Notes: generated by a model from the letters alone, not told the origin. Numbered from the stretch's first letter, positions 9,908-22,039 are shown. The stretch: 64,000 nt of DNA from an uncultured Verrucomicrobiae bacterium (GCA_963753675.1 CAVWCZ010000006.1:173426-237425); one strand, 5' to 3'. Translations and numbers: made by a program.

Positions 9908-11104
9908 ATGTCCCTCCCCGTGAAACGTTGGTCGCTAATCGCGTCGATCCTCGCTTCTTTTTTTGTCGCATCGACAAGCCTCATAGCTGCCGGCGAGTGG
10001 AAGGTCATCAAGGTAAACGGCCACGATTATCTGAGTGTCGATAATATTTCCAAGTTCTACGGCCTGCCCGCGGGAGTCGTTCCGTCCGGATCGAGGATAC
10101 AACCAGAGGTGGCGAATCATCCGCTGGAGTTTGTCAGCGGCAGCCGGGAAGCCATGATCAATGGCGCTCGCAGTTGGTTGTGTTTCCCCGTGATCGAACA
10201 GAATGGAAACTTTCTGGTGTCGCGCACCGACGTGGCCAAGACGATCGAGCCGCTGGTGCGCCCGCATCGGGTTCCAAACGTTGGCAAGGTTCAGACGGTC
10301 GTCCTGGATCCGGGACACGGCGGTTACGACAAGGGGCAGGTGAGTAGAAATGGGTGCGAAAAAGATTTTGCACTGGACGTTGCGCGGAGGCTTCGGCAGA
10401 TCTTGAAGGCGAAAGGACTGCGCGTGGTCATGACGCGCGAGGGCGATTACTTTGTGCCCCTGGAAGTTCGCGCCAAGATCGCCAATTCCGCGCGCAATTC
10501 AATTTTCGTCAGCATTCATTTCAACGGCACCAATGACGACCCGAACGCCACCGGCTTTGAAATTTTTTCGTTCACGCCGCGCGGTGCGCCATCGACGTCT
10601 GACACGAGCGTCAGTTCGAGGTCTTTCAATATGCAACCCGGCAGCACCACGGACGCGGAAAGTCTGGCGCTTTCGGCCTGCGTCTACCATTCACTTATCG
10701 GTCACATTCCCGAATACGACCGGGGCATTAAACGTGCCCGATTTGCTGTGCTACGTCTGACAAAGGTGCCGGCGGTGCTGATCGAAGGCGGCTTCCTGAC
10801 TGACCGTGGAGAAAGCAAACTGATCGCGAGCAAAGATTGGCGGGGCAAACTTGCGGCGGCGATCTCCGTGGGGATCGACAGTTATCGGACACTGGCGGTC
10901 AAGAAGGAGCCTCCAATGCTTGTAGCGGATTATCGGAAGCAAACGAAATCGGTGCCGACTGAACCCGTCATTCAAGACGGGAACTTGAAAGAAGCAGATG
11001 CGAGTTTGATCAACCTGGTCGGCAGATCCGCGTTTGCTTCGCCGGAGCCGACGCCTGCTCGTCCACAGCAATCCTCTCTCGAGTCTGCTCCGATCGTTCC
11101 CTGA
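9908..11104 (+). CDS. N-acetylmuramoyl-L-alanine amidase (Amidase_3)
   Basis: Signal/anchor sequence, VVLDPGHGGYDKG and FVSIHFNG zinc-binding motifs, LIEGGFLT. Confidence 0.88.
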   Translation: MSLPVKRWSLIASILASFFVASTSLIAAGEWKVIKVNGHDYLSVDNISKFYGLPAGVVPSGSRIQPEVANHPLEFVSGSREAMINGARSWLCFPVIEQNGNFLVSRTDVAKTIEPLVRPHRVPNVGKVQTVVLDPGHGGYDKGQVSRNGCEKDFALDVARRLRQILKAKGLRVVMTREGDYFVPLEVRAKIANSARNSIFVSIHFNGTNDDPNATGFEIFSFTPRGAPSTSDTSVSSRSFNMQPGSTTDAESLALSACVYHSLIGHIPEYDRGIKRARFAVLRLTKVPAVLIEGGFLTDRGESKLIASKDWRGKLAAAISVGIDSYRTLAVKKEPPMLVADYRKQTKSVPTEPVIQDGNLKEADASLINLVGRSAFASPEPTPARPQQSSLESAPIVP

Positions 11105-11223
11105 CAGGACGGCAATCAGAATTGTCTCCTCCACCAGTTGGCGAATCGGGTGCAGATTGCCCGATTGACTCGTCGTCCAGCTTCCCTAGCGTAATTTGAA
11201 CTAACTAACGCAAGAAAGAACTC

Positions 11224-11667
11224 ATGAGAAAACAAATCACTTACTTAATGACAGCCCTGCTGGCGACAGTCGCCATTTCCAACGCCGCGCCGCCGGACAA
11301 GGCCGCAATGGAAGCAAAGGAAAAAGCAGCCTGGCAGGCCTTCAAAGACAAGAACGAAGCGAGCTTCAAAAAAGTCGTCGACAAGGATTTTCGCGGCGTT
11401 TACGGGGACGGCGTTTTTAATATGCAGAAGGAATTGGACGACATGAAAAAGTGGGACATGAAGTCGTTTGAGATCAGCGATTTTGACATGTTCTCAGATG
11501 AAAAGGATGTCGTGGTGGCGACGTACACCGTGAAAATCGAAGGCACCGCAGACGGCAAAGATGCGTCCGGCACATACAATGCCGGAACCGTGTGGAAACA
11601 GGAGAATGGGACATGGATGGCCATCTTCCACACCAACGTAAAACAGGAAGCGTCGGCAACCCAGTAG
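11224..11667 (+). CDS. secreted NTF2-like (DUF4440/SnoaL-like) protein
   Basis: 147 aa with a signal peptide, and fold-typical size and pattern (WQAFKDKNEASFKKVVDKDF..., WMAIFHTN). Confidence 0.5.
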   Translation: MRKQITYLMTALLATVAISNAAPPDKAAMEAKEKAAWQAFKDKNEASFKKVVDKDFRGVYGDGVFNMQKELDDMKKWDMKSFEISDFDMFSDEKDVVVATYTVKIEGTADGKDASGTYNAGTVWKQENGTWMAIFHTNVKQEASATQ

Positions 11668-11691
11668 CGGTCTGACGACTCGCTGGTTTTT
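11661..11691 (+). terminator. possible intrinsic terminator
   Basis: ccagtagcg-loop-cgctgg stem followed by TTTTT, directly after the stop at 11667. Confidence 0.4.
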
Positions 11692-11809
11692 CTGAACGTT
11701 TCAACCCCTTGAGCCACGATTGGACTCGATATTTGCCGGCCGTCCATCACCGACGGTCTGCAATTGTGTGAGTCGTTGACTTCACACAGCCGCGTCTTAT
11801 TCTCAACGA

Positions 11810-13981
<2,172 letters not shown>

Positions 13982-13982
13982 C

Positions 13983-14072
13983 GAATGGAGCCGACCGGGA
14001 TGAGGCGACATAGAGTGGAGTTCACGGCCAGCCCGGTGAGGGCGGAGATGATGAGCATCGGATTCGTCAAAC
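13983..14072 (+). repeat. degenerate copy of the four-helix-bundle cassette leader
   Basis: gaatggagccgaccgggatgaggcgacatagag matches gaatggagccaatgggatgagcgacatagaag at 43355. It ends with a gattcgtcaaac-like tail. Confidence 0.45.
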
Positions 14073-14082
14073 TCTTCCGCCG

Positions 14083-14247
14083 GAAGGTGCGAAGACCGCT
14101 CATTTCTACTCCATGCCTATCATCGAGGATGTGCGCAAATTCGTGACCAAACAAAAGATTTCTGAAGAACAAGCGCTTCGAGCTGGCCTCGAACAAAAAA
14201 CGAACGAGTTCATAAAAACGGGCGCAAAAATTTACGCTAAGGCGTGA
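14083..14247 (+). pseudogene. thiC C-terminal remnant (Cys motif lost)
   Basis: Translates to [54 protein letters not shown]. This is collinear with the thiC end [33 protein letters not shown]... Confidence 0.8.
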
Positions 14248-14346
14248 ATCAGTAGAAGCTCACCGAATTCATAGATTCCGCAGCGCAGTGCGAGCTCATC
14301 CAGTTCGCGGCGTTGCAGCCTGAGTCGTGGAAACAATGATGATTGA

Positions 14347-16053
14347 ATGACGCCGATACGAATTTTTCTAGTCAGCTGTGCGTGCGCAATAGGCATGAAC
14401 GCTATCGCGGGCCAGCCAGAGAGCGCTACGCCATCCCCGTCGCCCTCGGGCACGCCGGTGGAATCCGAGGCGCTTCCGACTGCGGTCGCCGAATCGCTCA
14501 CTGGCCTCTCAGCGCAACGCGCAGCTGTTGAGCGCACGAAAATTTATCGTATCGGCGCTGATTATAGTCGATCGCTGGATCGGATTGCAAAAAATTCTGG
14601 CAACGAATTTTTGCAGCGGCCCATCTTCGAACGTGTGACGTGGATGCGACTGATCGCGTCAGTCGGCGCGTTTGTGCTGTTGTCGCTAGTCGCTGTCGCG
14701 CTGGTCTGGATCGTTGGAAAGCAAGCCGGCGAGATTGAGTCGAACGAGCACCAGTCCGCGGTCGCGTTGATAATATCGGCGATACGCAAACCGGTGGCCC
14801 TTTTTCTCTGGATGTGCGGCGGTACGCTTGCCCTTATGCCGATTGCGACCGGCATCGTCGGCCGGCCTACTCGCATTTTCCTGGTCGATGTGCTTACGGC
14901 GAGCTTTTACGCCGGTCGGATCATCGCTGTGCTCTGGCTCGTTTTTCGCGCCATCCGCGCGATCGAAAAGCGAATGCGCCAGAGGGCGGAACGGACCGGC
15001 AGCCTCGTCGGTAAAGTAATCATTCCCATCTTCGGTCAGACGCTGCGTCTGGCTGTGCCGCTGCTCATGGTCATTCTGTTGCTGCCGCTGTTGCACTTGC
15101 CGGAACACTGGACCTGGGTGACTGCCAAAGGAGTCGGCATTTTGCTCATCGCCGGCTTCTCATACTTAATCATCCGGGGCATCAACGCTGTGCAGGGCGC
15201 GTTTTTGAGCCGGCATCAGATCGAGGCTCCCGATAATCTCCGGGCGAGAAAGATCTACACCCAGGTCTCGGTTCTTCGCAAAATCATCGTCACCGCGATA
15301 GTGATCATCGGCACCGGTTCGATCCTGATGTTGTTCGACCCGGTGCGGCAATTCGGCACCACCATCCTCGCGTCGGCCGGGATTGCCGGGATCGTGATTG
15401 GTTTCGCCGCGCAGAGGACCCTCGGCAACGTGCTCGCCGGGATCCAGATCGCACTTACCCAACCGTTGTTGATCGACGATATCGTGGCGGTTGAAGGGGA
15501 ATTTGGCCGGATCGAAGAGATCACGCTCACCTACGTATCGGTAAGAACATGGGACCTGCGACGTTTGATTCTCCCGATCACCTATTTCGTTGAGAAACCG
15601 TTTCAGAACTGGAGCCGTGTTTCGACGGAACTGCTAGGCGCCGTGATCCTCTATCTCGATTACCGGGTGCCGATGGAAGCGCTGCGCAAGGAATTGAAGC
15701 GCCTCGCGGAGAACAATCAGAAATGGGATCGCCGGGTTTGCGGGCTGCAGGTGACCGACGCCAAACAAAACACGGTTGAAGTACGCGCCTTGGTCAGCAG
15801 TAGCGATCCCGGGAAAGCGTTCGATCTCCGCTGCGAAGTGCGCGAGGGTTTGATCGACTTTCTCTGCCGCAATTATCCCGAAAGCCTGCCCCGGATCCGC
15901 TATTCCGGGATTGACGAGCCATCGGAAGTTGAGCGCGGGAAAGAAAAAGATCGGAGGTCCACCGACGTTCGCGGCCAGGAATTTGAACGAGGATCAAAGA
16001 GCCCGGGTATGCGTTCAAAACAACCGGCGGATGGCCAATCATCCGGCCGTTGA
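14347..16053 (+). CDS. mechanosensitive ion channel family protein (MscS-like)
   Basis: Multiple TM helices followed by the MscS core GNVLAGIQIALTQPLLIDDIVAVEGEFGRIEEITLTYVSVRTWD. Confidence 0.85.
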   Translation: MTPIRIFLVSCACAIGMNAIAGQPESATPSPSPSGTPVESEALPTAVAESLTGLSAQRAAVERTKIYRIGADYSRSLDRIAKNSGNEFLQRPIFERVTWMRLIASVGAFVLLSLVAVALVWIVGKQAGEIESNEHQSAVALIISAIRKPVALFLWMCGGTLALMPIATGIVGRPTRIFLVDVLTASFYAGRIIAVLWLVFRAIRAIEKRMRQRAERTGSLVGKVIIPIFGQTLRLAVPLLMVILLLPLLHLPEHWTWVTAKGVGILLIAGFSYLIIRGINAVQGAFLSRHQIEAPDNLRARKIYTQVSVLRKIIVTAIVIIGTGSILMLFDPVRQFGTTILASAGIAGIVIGFAAQRTLGNVLAGIQIALTQPLLIDDIVAVEGEFGRIEEITLTYVSVRTWDLRRLILPITYFVEKPFQNWSRVSTELLGAVILYLDYRVPMEALRKELKRLAENNQKWDRRVCGLQVTDAKQNTVEVRALVSSSDPGKAFDLRCEVREGLIDFLCRNYPESLPRIRYSGIDEPSEVERGKEKDRRSTDVRGQEFERGSKSPGMRSKQPADGQSSGR

Positions 16054-16116
16054 TTTCTGCTTTTTCCAGTTTCGCGAAATTCGCAATCATCCCAAACTTC
16101 GCGTTCGATTCGGTGC

Positions 16117-16584
16117 TTATTCAGTCAACCAGCGCAGACCGGCTGGCGCGTTCCACATCACCGGTTGCCACGTCCAGCCGCTGATGGTCACGGCATCAAT
16201 GATTGGCTGCTTCAACTCTTGCAGGTTGAACATGGACGCCTTGGACAATTCGCCAGTGGCCTTGCCGCTGGCGTCCAGTTGCACGCCGACGACGCGACGA
16301 TGCTCGAACTGAAAAAACTGCATTCCGGTGGCTGCAGTCCAGCTCAGGCGCATGTCGTTTGGGCCGGCCGATGCGTCGAACGCGCTCCAGTATTCGCGCA
16401 CCCGCGCCTTGTAACTCTGTTCGTCCAATGCGAGCACCAGCTTGTGTGTGCGCTGCATCTTATGTGCGCGCATAAGGTCGAACCATTGCGCATCGGCGTA
16501 GCGCCAGGTGATTTCAAGCGTGTTATCGCTATCGGGCGATGCGACTACCTGGACGGGTATTTTTTGCTGATTCACTCCTAGCAA
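16117..16584 (-). CDS. hypothetical protein (third gene of a membrane operon, or frameshifted C-terminus of the upstream gene)
   Basis: 155-aa ORF with a TTG start that overlaps the upstream ORF by 56 nt. No recognisable domain. Confidence 0.45.
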   Translation of the reverse strand: MLGVNQQKIPVQVVASPDSDNTLEITWRYADAQWFDLMRAHKMQRTHKLVLALDEQSYKARVREYWSAFDASAGPNDMRLSWTAATGMQFFQFEHRRVVGVQLDASGKATGELSKASMFNLQELKQPIIDAVTISGWTWQPVMWNAPAGLRWLTE

Positions 16585-17467
16585 CCGTTCCGCGCAAAAG
16601 TGCCGCCGGTTCCGGCTGCGTGCCGGGCTGCGGCTGTTGTCGCACGCTCCACGCAGATCCCTTGAAAAACCAGAGCACCGCGAGTGACAAATTAATGACG
16701 AGAAACGCAGTCATCGCCCGCCAGTTCGACGACAGGCGAGTGGAGACTTGCGTTTTCGACGGCGCTGTGGACGCCGCCGATCCGCTGAAACCGGCGGACT
16801 TGGATTCCGTTGGCAATGGGCCGAGCGCGCGGATCCGATTGGCTTCGACGCTTTCCTTCGTTTGGCCGCTCCAGGCGTAGAGTTCATTGCCTGCGGCGAC
16901 CACGTGGTTCCATTCACCCTGACCGTTGAAACGGCGTGCAGTCCAACCGCCGCCATCACTGCCGGTGACCTGGGCAAATTGGAAGAACGAGCCGTAACGA
17001 TTCAACGCTGCTGCTGCTGCCGAAGTGTTTGCGAAACGCGCGGCGAGCGCGGATTCGCCGGCATCGTTAAAGGAAATTCTAGCGTCGACTGCGTCGCCTA
17101 CGATGTAATCCAGCCCGTGTTTGGCGTCGGTCATCAAACTTGAGTCGGCCTTCGGCCCAAACACGATATCCCACGATACCGCTTGCAACATACCGGGCGC
17201 CGTGGCTGCCTGAATCGTCGTAACTTTGCTGCTCGCAGTTTCACGGACCTGGCGCGCGTGAACAAACGCATCGAGCAAGTGCACCACGGCCTGCGGCACT
17301 GCCACGATCGCGAGGAAGCCGAAGAAAAAGATTAGCGGTTTGAACGACACTCCTGCGCGCTGCATTAGCACGCCTAACAAGAGGGCGAGCAGTAGCGAGA
17401 TCGCCAGAAACACGGCGACACCGATGAGCACAGGATATTCGGCAAACGCGTGCAGCAGGTTGTTCAT
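16529..17467 (-). CDS. hypothetical membrane protein (2 N-terminal TM, extracytoplasmic domain, 1 C-terminal TM)
   Basis: 312-aa ORF with clear hydrophobic segments. ATGA overlap with the upstream gene at 17464-17467. Confidence 0.55.
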   Translation of the reverse strand: MNNLLHAFAEYPVLIGVAVFLAISLLLALLLGVLMQRAGVSFKPLIFFFGFLAIVAVPQAVVHLLDAFVHARQVRETASSKVTTIQAATAPGMLQAVSWDIVFGPKADSSLMTDAKHGLDYIVGDAVDARISFNDAGESALAARFANTSAAAAALNRYGSFFQFAQVTGSDGGGWTARRFNGQGEWNHVVAAGNELYAWSGQTKESVEANRIRALGPLPTESKSAGFSGSAASTAPSKTQVSTRLSSNWRAMTAFLVINLSLAVLWFFKGSAWSVRQQPQPGTQPEPAALLRGTVARSESAKNTRPGSRIAR

Positions 17468-17943
17468 GGCCTAACGATTTCAGGACGGTGCGATTTGATC
17501 CGCAGAATGAGCAGGCTGATTCCCGCAACGATGCACCAGACCACGCCGCCAAGCATGGCGGCCATGAACCACAAGGCCATCAAGCCGGAGTCGCGGCCGG
17601 GCTCGGGATACTTAATCGCTTCGCAGATGGCGATCGCGCAGGTATTCACGCCGATGAACGCTGCAAAGGCCAGTCGCGCAAACAGTATCCATCGATTTAC
17701 GCCTGGCACGGCCAGGAAAACGAAACTCAACGCAACACCGATTGTTGCAGTAAGCCACACGACCGATTCCAGCATTGTGTTGCCCGGCCCTGTCGGCGGC
17801 ACATTACGCGCGGCGAGCCAACGGATACCGAGATAAAGCAGTACCCAATAGAGTTCGGGACCGATGAAAATGCGGAGCAGGCGGTGCATGCGAGGAATTC
17901 GGGCGAATGGGAAGCGCCCCAGATACACGACTACGAAGTTCAA
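17464..17943 (-). CDS. small integral membrane protein (4 TM)
   Basis: 159 aa, four hydrophobic helices, first gene of the operon. Its 5-prime end is duplicated at 22114-22265. Confidence 0.55.
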   Translation of the reverse strand: MNFVVVYLGRFPFARIPRMHRLLRIFIGPELYWVLLYLGIRWLAARNVPPTGPGNTMLESVVWLTATIGVALSFVFLAVPGVNRWILFARLAFAAFIGVNTCAIAICEAIKYPEPGRDSGLMALWFMAAMLGGVVWCIVAGISLLILRIKSHRPEIVRP

Positions 17944-17961
17944 TTCAATCGCGCGTGTCCT

Positions 17962-18070
17962 GTAGCGTCCGCTGTCTGCTCGCGAAACCTTTCGGAGTCT
18001 CAGCCGAGAATTGTTCCGGGGAGCACACGCGGCCCGCGTGTTGGTTTCGGCGGCCCGCCGAAACGTACTT
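17962..18070 (+). repeat. REP1 family full copy (about 110 bp, two tandem hairpins)
   Basis: gctcgcgaaacctttcggagtctcagc...ggggagcacacgcggcccgcgtgttggtttcggcggcccgccgaaac. The hairpins are cacgcg-gccc-gcgtg and gtttcggcgg-c-ccgccgaaac. Confidence 0.8.
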
Positions 18071-18212
18071 TTCTGATTTGAATTTATTACCTCCGCTGTC
18101 GTTGACGAGCAGGACGTTGGCGAAGGTTGTTCAGCGATCGATTTGCGGGGCAGGGAACGAAGTGACAGGATAAAATGACGCGAAAGAGACGTTCCGAAAC
18201 GGACACAAATTA

Positions 18213-19073
18213 ATGACGCCTAACGACATGAACATTCGCGGGATGACTCGCGACGAACTGGACACGCTGGTCGAATGGGCGGCCCGCGAAGGTTGGAATC
18301 CCGGTCTGGACGATGCCGAGGTGTTCTGGGCGACCGATCCGGAGGGTTTTGTTGCGGCCGAGATAAACGGCGAACTGAATGGCGGCGGCTCAATCGTCGC
18401 TTACGAAAAGAACTACGGTTTCATGGGTTTCTTTATCATCCGTCCGGAATACCGCGGACATGGTTTAGGTGATTATCTCTGGCACGAGCGCAAGCGGCGT
18501 TTGTTGACGCGTCTGGACGCCGACGCGTCGCTCGAACTGGATGGCGTGTTTAACATGCAGGAATATTATGCTCGCGGTGGATTTCGTTTTGTCTGCCGCG
18601 ATCTACGTTTTGAGGGAAGGGGAATCGATCTTCCGCAACAAGAAGGCATCGTCGAGGCGAGCACTCTTCCATTCGAACGCATCGATGCCTACGATCGGCA
18701 CCACTTTCCCGCGGCACGCAGCAAATTTTTGCAAGGCTGGATCAACCGGCCGGGAGGCCACGCGCTCGCCGCAGTCGATGGTGACGAGATACGCGGCTAT
18801 TCGGTGATGCGTCCCTGCCGGACCGGTTACAAGATTGGACCTCTCTTTGCAGCAAACGGCGACGTGGCGGAGTCGCTCTTTGTATCTCTTGCCTCGCGCG
18901 TTCCGGGCGAGCCGATCTTTCTCGACGTTCCGGAGATCAACCGCGATGCCTTGGCCCTGGTCGCGCGCCATGGGATGAAAGAGGTCTTCGGCTGCGCCCG
19001 CATGGTGCTCGGTCCGATTCCCGAACTACCGGATGCCGAGATCTTCGGTGTTACGACGTTCGAATTGGGATAA
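18213..19073 (+). CDS. GNAT family N-acetyltransferase with YitH-like C-terminal domain
   Basis: [18 protein letters not shown] acetyl-CoA binding motif. 286 aa. Confidence 0.75.
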   Translation: MTPNDMNIRGMTRDELDTLVEWAAREGWNPGLDDAEVFWATDPEGFVAAEINGELNGGGSIVAYEKNYGFMGFFIIRPEYRGHGLGDYLWHERKRRLLTRLDADASLELDGVFNMQEYYARGGFRFVCRDLRFEGRGIDLPQQEGIVEASTLPFERIDAYDRHHFPAARSKFLQGWINRPGGHALAAVDGDEIRGYSVMRPCRTGYKIGPLFAANGDVAESLFVSLASRVPGEPIFLDVPEINRDALALVARHGMKEVFGCARMVLGPIPELPDAEIFGVTTFELG

Positions 19074-19193
19074 TCCTCATTGTCGAGGGCAGAGTTGTGT
19101 CGTGCAGAACGTGGACAAAAGAAGAAGCGCGCAAAATTTGAAGGAAGCGTTCGAGATAGTGTTGCAGCCGAATCGCAAATTGGGGTGGACTAA

Positions 19194-19390
19194 ATGAAAG
19201 CGCACACACAGCCGGAGATCGTCACGAAAAATGGCAAACCCGTATCGGTGATTCTTCCGACCAAGAAATATCAAGAAATGCTAGAGCGCCTTGAGGATGC
19301 AGTGTTGCCTGGCTGAAACGCGCGCGACGGAAAAAACTTCACTTCCGTCCGTTAGAGAAGGTTCTCGCCGATCTTCAAGCTGGCGGGTAA
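19194..19390 (+). pseudogene. Phd/YefM-type antitoxin with apparent frameshift
   Basis: MKAHTQPEIVTKNGKPVSVILPTKKYQEMLERLEDA stops at 19316. The expected C-terminus AWLKRARRKKLHFRPLEKVLADLQAGG continues in the +2 frame to 19390. Confidence 0.6.
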
Positions 19391-19398
19391 CCATCTAA

Positions 19399-19653
19399 TT
19401 GATGGCTTACAAGCTCCACGACACCGCGCATCTTGAAAAACGCGCCCGCGATCGCGGATTCACGATTGAGCAGGCAACCCTTGCGATCAATGAACCTGCG
19501 TCCATTCTCAAGACTCCGCCACGCAAGGGAAACCACGGCGGCTTCATCTGGTTGTTCTTTCGCGCGTTTGAAAGTAGAATCTTGGTAGTCGTTGCCGAAG
19601 TAAAAGCTAATGAGTGCTGGATCATCACCGGATACTGGGAAGAGCGGCATTAA
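19399..19653 (+). CDS. DUF4258 domain protein (toxin-like)
   Basis: 84 aa. HLEKRARDRGFTIEQ and VVVAEVKANECWIITGYW match the DUF4258 pattern. Confidence 0.65.
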   Translation: MMAYKLHDTAHLEKRARDRGFTIEQATLAINEPASILKTPPRKGNHGGFIWLFFRAFESRILVVVAEVKANECWIITGYWEERH

Positions 19654-19684
19654 GGGTTTCGTCATCCCGATCACCAAGCCGCCG

Positions 19685-19942
19685 GTGGTCGAGATTGACA
19701 CCGAAGCCACCGCCGCTTACATCCGCCTGCGCGACACGAAGGTGATCGCGACAAAACCCTTCGGCTCCGAAAAAGGTCTGGTGATGCTGGACTTCGACGC
19801 GGATGAAAATGTTGTGGGCATTGAAGTAATCGGACAGCACGAGTTCAGCATTCGTGAGCTCATCAAGGAAGTGCCGGTCGAAACCAGCGACGCCGTCCTC
19901 AATCAAACTCGCTACGTCTCTGCCGATCTCGCGCCGGCGTGA
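19685..19942 (+). CDS. DUF2283 domain protein (antitoxin-like partner of DUF4258)
   Basis: VVEIDTEATAAYIRL...LVMLDFDADENVVGIEVIG pattern. GTG 19685 chosen as the start within ORF 19610..19942. Confidence 0.55.
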   Translation: MVEIDTEATAAYIRLRDTKVIATKPFGSEKGLVMLDFDADENVVGIEVIGQHEFSIRELIKEVPVETSDAVLNQTRYVSADLAPA

Positions 19943-20066
19943 CATCAATTCGTCACTGGCTTGCCACGCCACAGCCTTGTGCGAAGGCTGGGTGACATGT
20001 CACTCATCACTGCCTACAAACCGCGTGTCCGCCAATGGACGGACCGGCCGTGGCGAGGCGCAAGCT

Positions 20067-20930
20067 TTACACGGTACAAACCGCGTGGCGCAGCTTTACA
20101 CGGTTGCAACGCTCGAGTAACCGCGGCGCTTCCATCCGCTCCGCCCAGGCCGCGAATGCCGGCGTCGGACCGCGCCAGCGCAACGTCTCGACCTTCTTGA
20201 AGAGCGGCGCGTCGGTGCGCAGCGTCGCTAAATTCTTGAAGAGCAGTGCGAGATCGCGCTGTTTCCCGAGAACGTTTGACGGAAATTTTTCGATCGGACC
20301 GTAGCGGTTCAAAAGCTGGGCGGCGGTCCGTGCGCCGATGCCAAGGATGCCTGGGTAGCCGTCCGCCGCATCGCCTACGAGCGCGAGCAGATCCGGAATG
20401 AGCTGCGGGCTCACGCCAAATTTTTCGCGTATCCCAGCCGCATCTCGGATGATTTTGCGCCGGCCATCGATCTGCACCACGCGCGTCCCGCGCACGCATT
20501 GCGCCAGATCCTTGTCCGGCGTCCAGATGGCGACGCGCTCGACCTTCTTGTCCTTCGCCGCAAGATGCGCGGCCGAAGCGAGCGCATCATCGGCTTCGAG
20601 CTCGATCATCGGCCAGAGGACCACGCCCATCGCCGCGAGCGCCTCCTCGAGCGGATGAAACTGCGCGAGCAGCGCGGGCTCGATACCGGCCCCCGTCTTG
20701 TAGTCCCGCCAAAGCCGATTGCGAAACGACTCGATCACGTGATCGGTAGCGACACCAAGGTAAATGGCGTCGCTATCCAGCATCTGAAGAACGGTCTGCA
20801 ATACGCCGACGACCGCGCCGTAGGGGCGGTCGCCGCCGCGTGAGGCGGAGCCTTTTACGCGGGTAAACCGGCGCAACCCGTAAAAGTGGCGAAACAGTTC
20901 GTAGGTACCGTCGATAAGATTGATGATCAC
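20067..20930 (-). CDS. 5-prime-3-prime exonuclease (FEN / PolI N-terminal domain family)
   Basis: MIINLIDGTYELFRHFY..., DHVIESFRN, ELEADD, LVGDAADGYPGILGIGARTAAQLL H3TH motif. Confidence 0.85.
   Translation of the reverse strand: MIINLIDGTYELFRHFYGLRRFTRVKGSASRGGDRPYGAVVGVLQTVLQMLDSDAIYLGVATDHVIESFRNRLWRDYKTGAGIEPALLAQFHPLEEALAAMGVVLWPMIELEADDALASAAHLAAKDKKVERVAIWTPDKDLAQCVRGTRVVQIDGRRKIIRDAAGIREKFGVSPQLIPDLLALVGDAADGYPGILGIGARTAAQLLNRYGPIEKFPSNVLGKQRDLALLFKNLATLRTDAPLFKKVETLRWRGPTPAFAAWAERMEAPRLLERCNRVKLRHAVCTV
20836..20862 (+). repeat. REP2 hairpin (CCGCGTGAGGCGRAGCCTTTTACGCGG) inside the exonuclease CDS
   Basis: 27-nt unit with stem CCGCGT/ACGCGG. On the minus strand it encodes TRVKGSASRG in frame. 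Confidence 0.8.
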
Positions 20931-20944
20931 AACCCGTTAGGATA

Positions 20945-21012
20945 AACCGCCAAGACCGCGTGAGGCGAAGCCTTTTACGCGGTAGAAGTGACGGAAGAGT
21001 TCGTAGAGCTCT
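20945..21012 (-). pseudogene. remnant of an exonuclease N-terminus (with its own REP2 copy at 20956-20982)
   Basis: Minus-strand translation ELYELFRHFYRVKGFASRGLGGLS* parallels GTYELFRHFYGLRRFTRVKGSASRGG of the intact gene 15 bp away. Confidence 0.6.
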
Positions 21013-21045
21013 GTTCAAAGGACGTAGCTGTCCAGCACTCGTGTT

Positions 21046-21312
21046 TTGTGCTACAAGATCGACATGGAGATCAAGCTGACTGCGGTCTTCCAAAAATTTC
21101 CCGAGGGATATGCCGCATTCGTGGAAGAGCTGCCCGGTGCGAATACGCAAGGCGCAAGGCTGGAAGAAGCGCGTGCAAATTTGAAGGAAGCGGTCGAGAT
21201 GGATCTGCAAAGACTTGGACGTTCCGAAGCCGTGAAGCCTTCGCTTTGCGATGAGCGCAGCTTGGCTTTCGACCGGCAAGGTCATGACCGTCAGGCCGAG
21301 CGTCTTGGCTAG
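21046..21312 (+). CDS. HicB family antitoxin (UPF0150), C-terminus divergent
   Basis: MEIKLTAVFQKFPEGYAAFVEELPGANTQGARLEEARANLKEAVEMDLQ matches the HicB N-terminal domain. No HicA was recognised nearby. Confidence 0.6.
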   Translation: MCYKIDMEIKLTAVFQKFPEGYAAFVEELPGANTQGARLEEARANLKEAVEMDLQRLGRSEAVKPSLCDERSLAFDRQGHDRQAERLG

Positions 21313-21519
21313 TGGCGCGGCCGTTTGCTGCGTACTCTTGAACTCGGTCGTGCAGATGACGCTGATTTTTGAATCCTTCAGCATGTTGGCCAACGCTTCA
21401 GTGCGAGCGCAGCCGGCTTCCGGGCCCCGGTCGTCTAGATGATGGGCAATGCTGCGATTGCCGAGCACCTCGAACATTCGATGAATTGGCCCGCTGTTCT
21501 CCGCGGCCTTTGACGGCAA
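21240..21519 (-). pseudogene. possible histidine phosphatase (SixA/PGM-like) fragment
   Basis: LDDRGPEAGCARTEALANMLKDSKISVICTTEFKSTQQTAAPLAKTLGLTV resembles the SixA-like core but lacks the RHG start. The rest of the 248-aa ORF is repeat-derived. Confidence 0.3.
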
Positions 21520-21655
21520 AAAATAATAACGAAAGAACAGGTTTCTTTCTATTGACAGTCTATAGGACGCGTTTCAAACGACGTCCGGCCCCGCTCGAGG
21601 CGCGCCGCATGAAAATTTCGCGCAGTGCGGCAAGCACAATATACTAAAGCGGTGT

Positions 21656-21686
21656 CTAACTTGACTGCTTAAAGCAGTCAAGTTAG
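21656..21686. promoter_or_regulatory. perfect 31-bp palindrome 9 nt upstream of the wHTH gene start
   Basis: ctaacttgactgctt-a-aagcagtcaagttag has 15-bp arms. It shares the core GACTGCTTAAAGCAGTC with 22075-22104. Confidence 0.7.
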
Positions 21687-21694
21687 AAAAGAGC

Positions 21695-22039
21695 ATGAAA
21701 GCGGATGCTTTAGATTTGCTTTTTCCAATCGTGCGAGCCGAGGTGTTGCGCGCGCTCTTTCATCACACACGACGCGAGATGTATGTGCGCGAAATCGCGC
21801 GTTGGAGCGAGCTGGCACTACGGACCGTGCAACGGGAGCTGGCAATCCTGATCACGATCGGATTGGTGACGAGCCGAACTAATGGTTACCATGTCTTCTA
21901 CCGCGCCAATCGCAATCACCTGCTCTTCGCGCCGTTGCAGCAATTGGTTTTCAAAAGCGAGCGTTGTGTGTTGGGCAGGAAAAAACCGAGGCAACGGCCG
22001 CGACAGAGTTGGCGGCAATCGGGTCGGCGGAAACGCTAA
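21695..22039 (+). CDS. winged helix-turn-helix transcriptional regulator
   Basis: VLRALFHHTRREMYVREIARWSELALRTVQRELAILITIGLVTSRTNGYHVFYRAN is a typical wHTH (ArsR/MarR/AbiEi-like). Confidence 0.65.
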   Translation: MKADALDLLFPIVRAEVLRALFHHTRREMYVREIARWSELALRTVQRELAILITIGLVTSRTNGYHVFYRANRNHLLFAPLQQLVFKSERCVLGRKKPRQRPRQSWRQSGRRKR

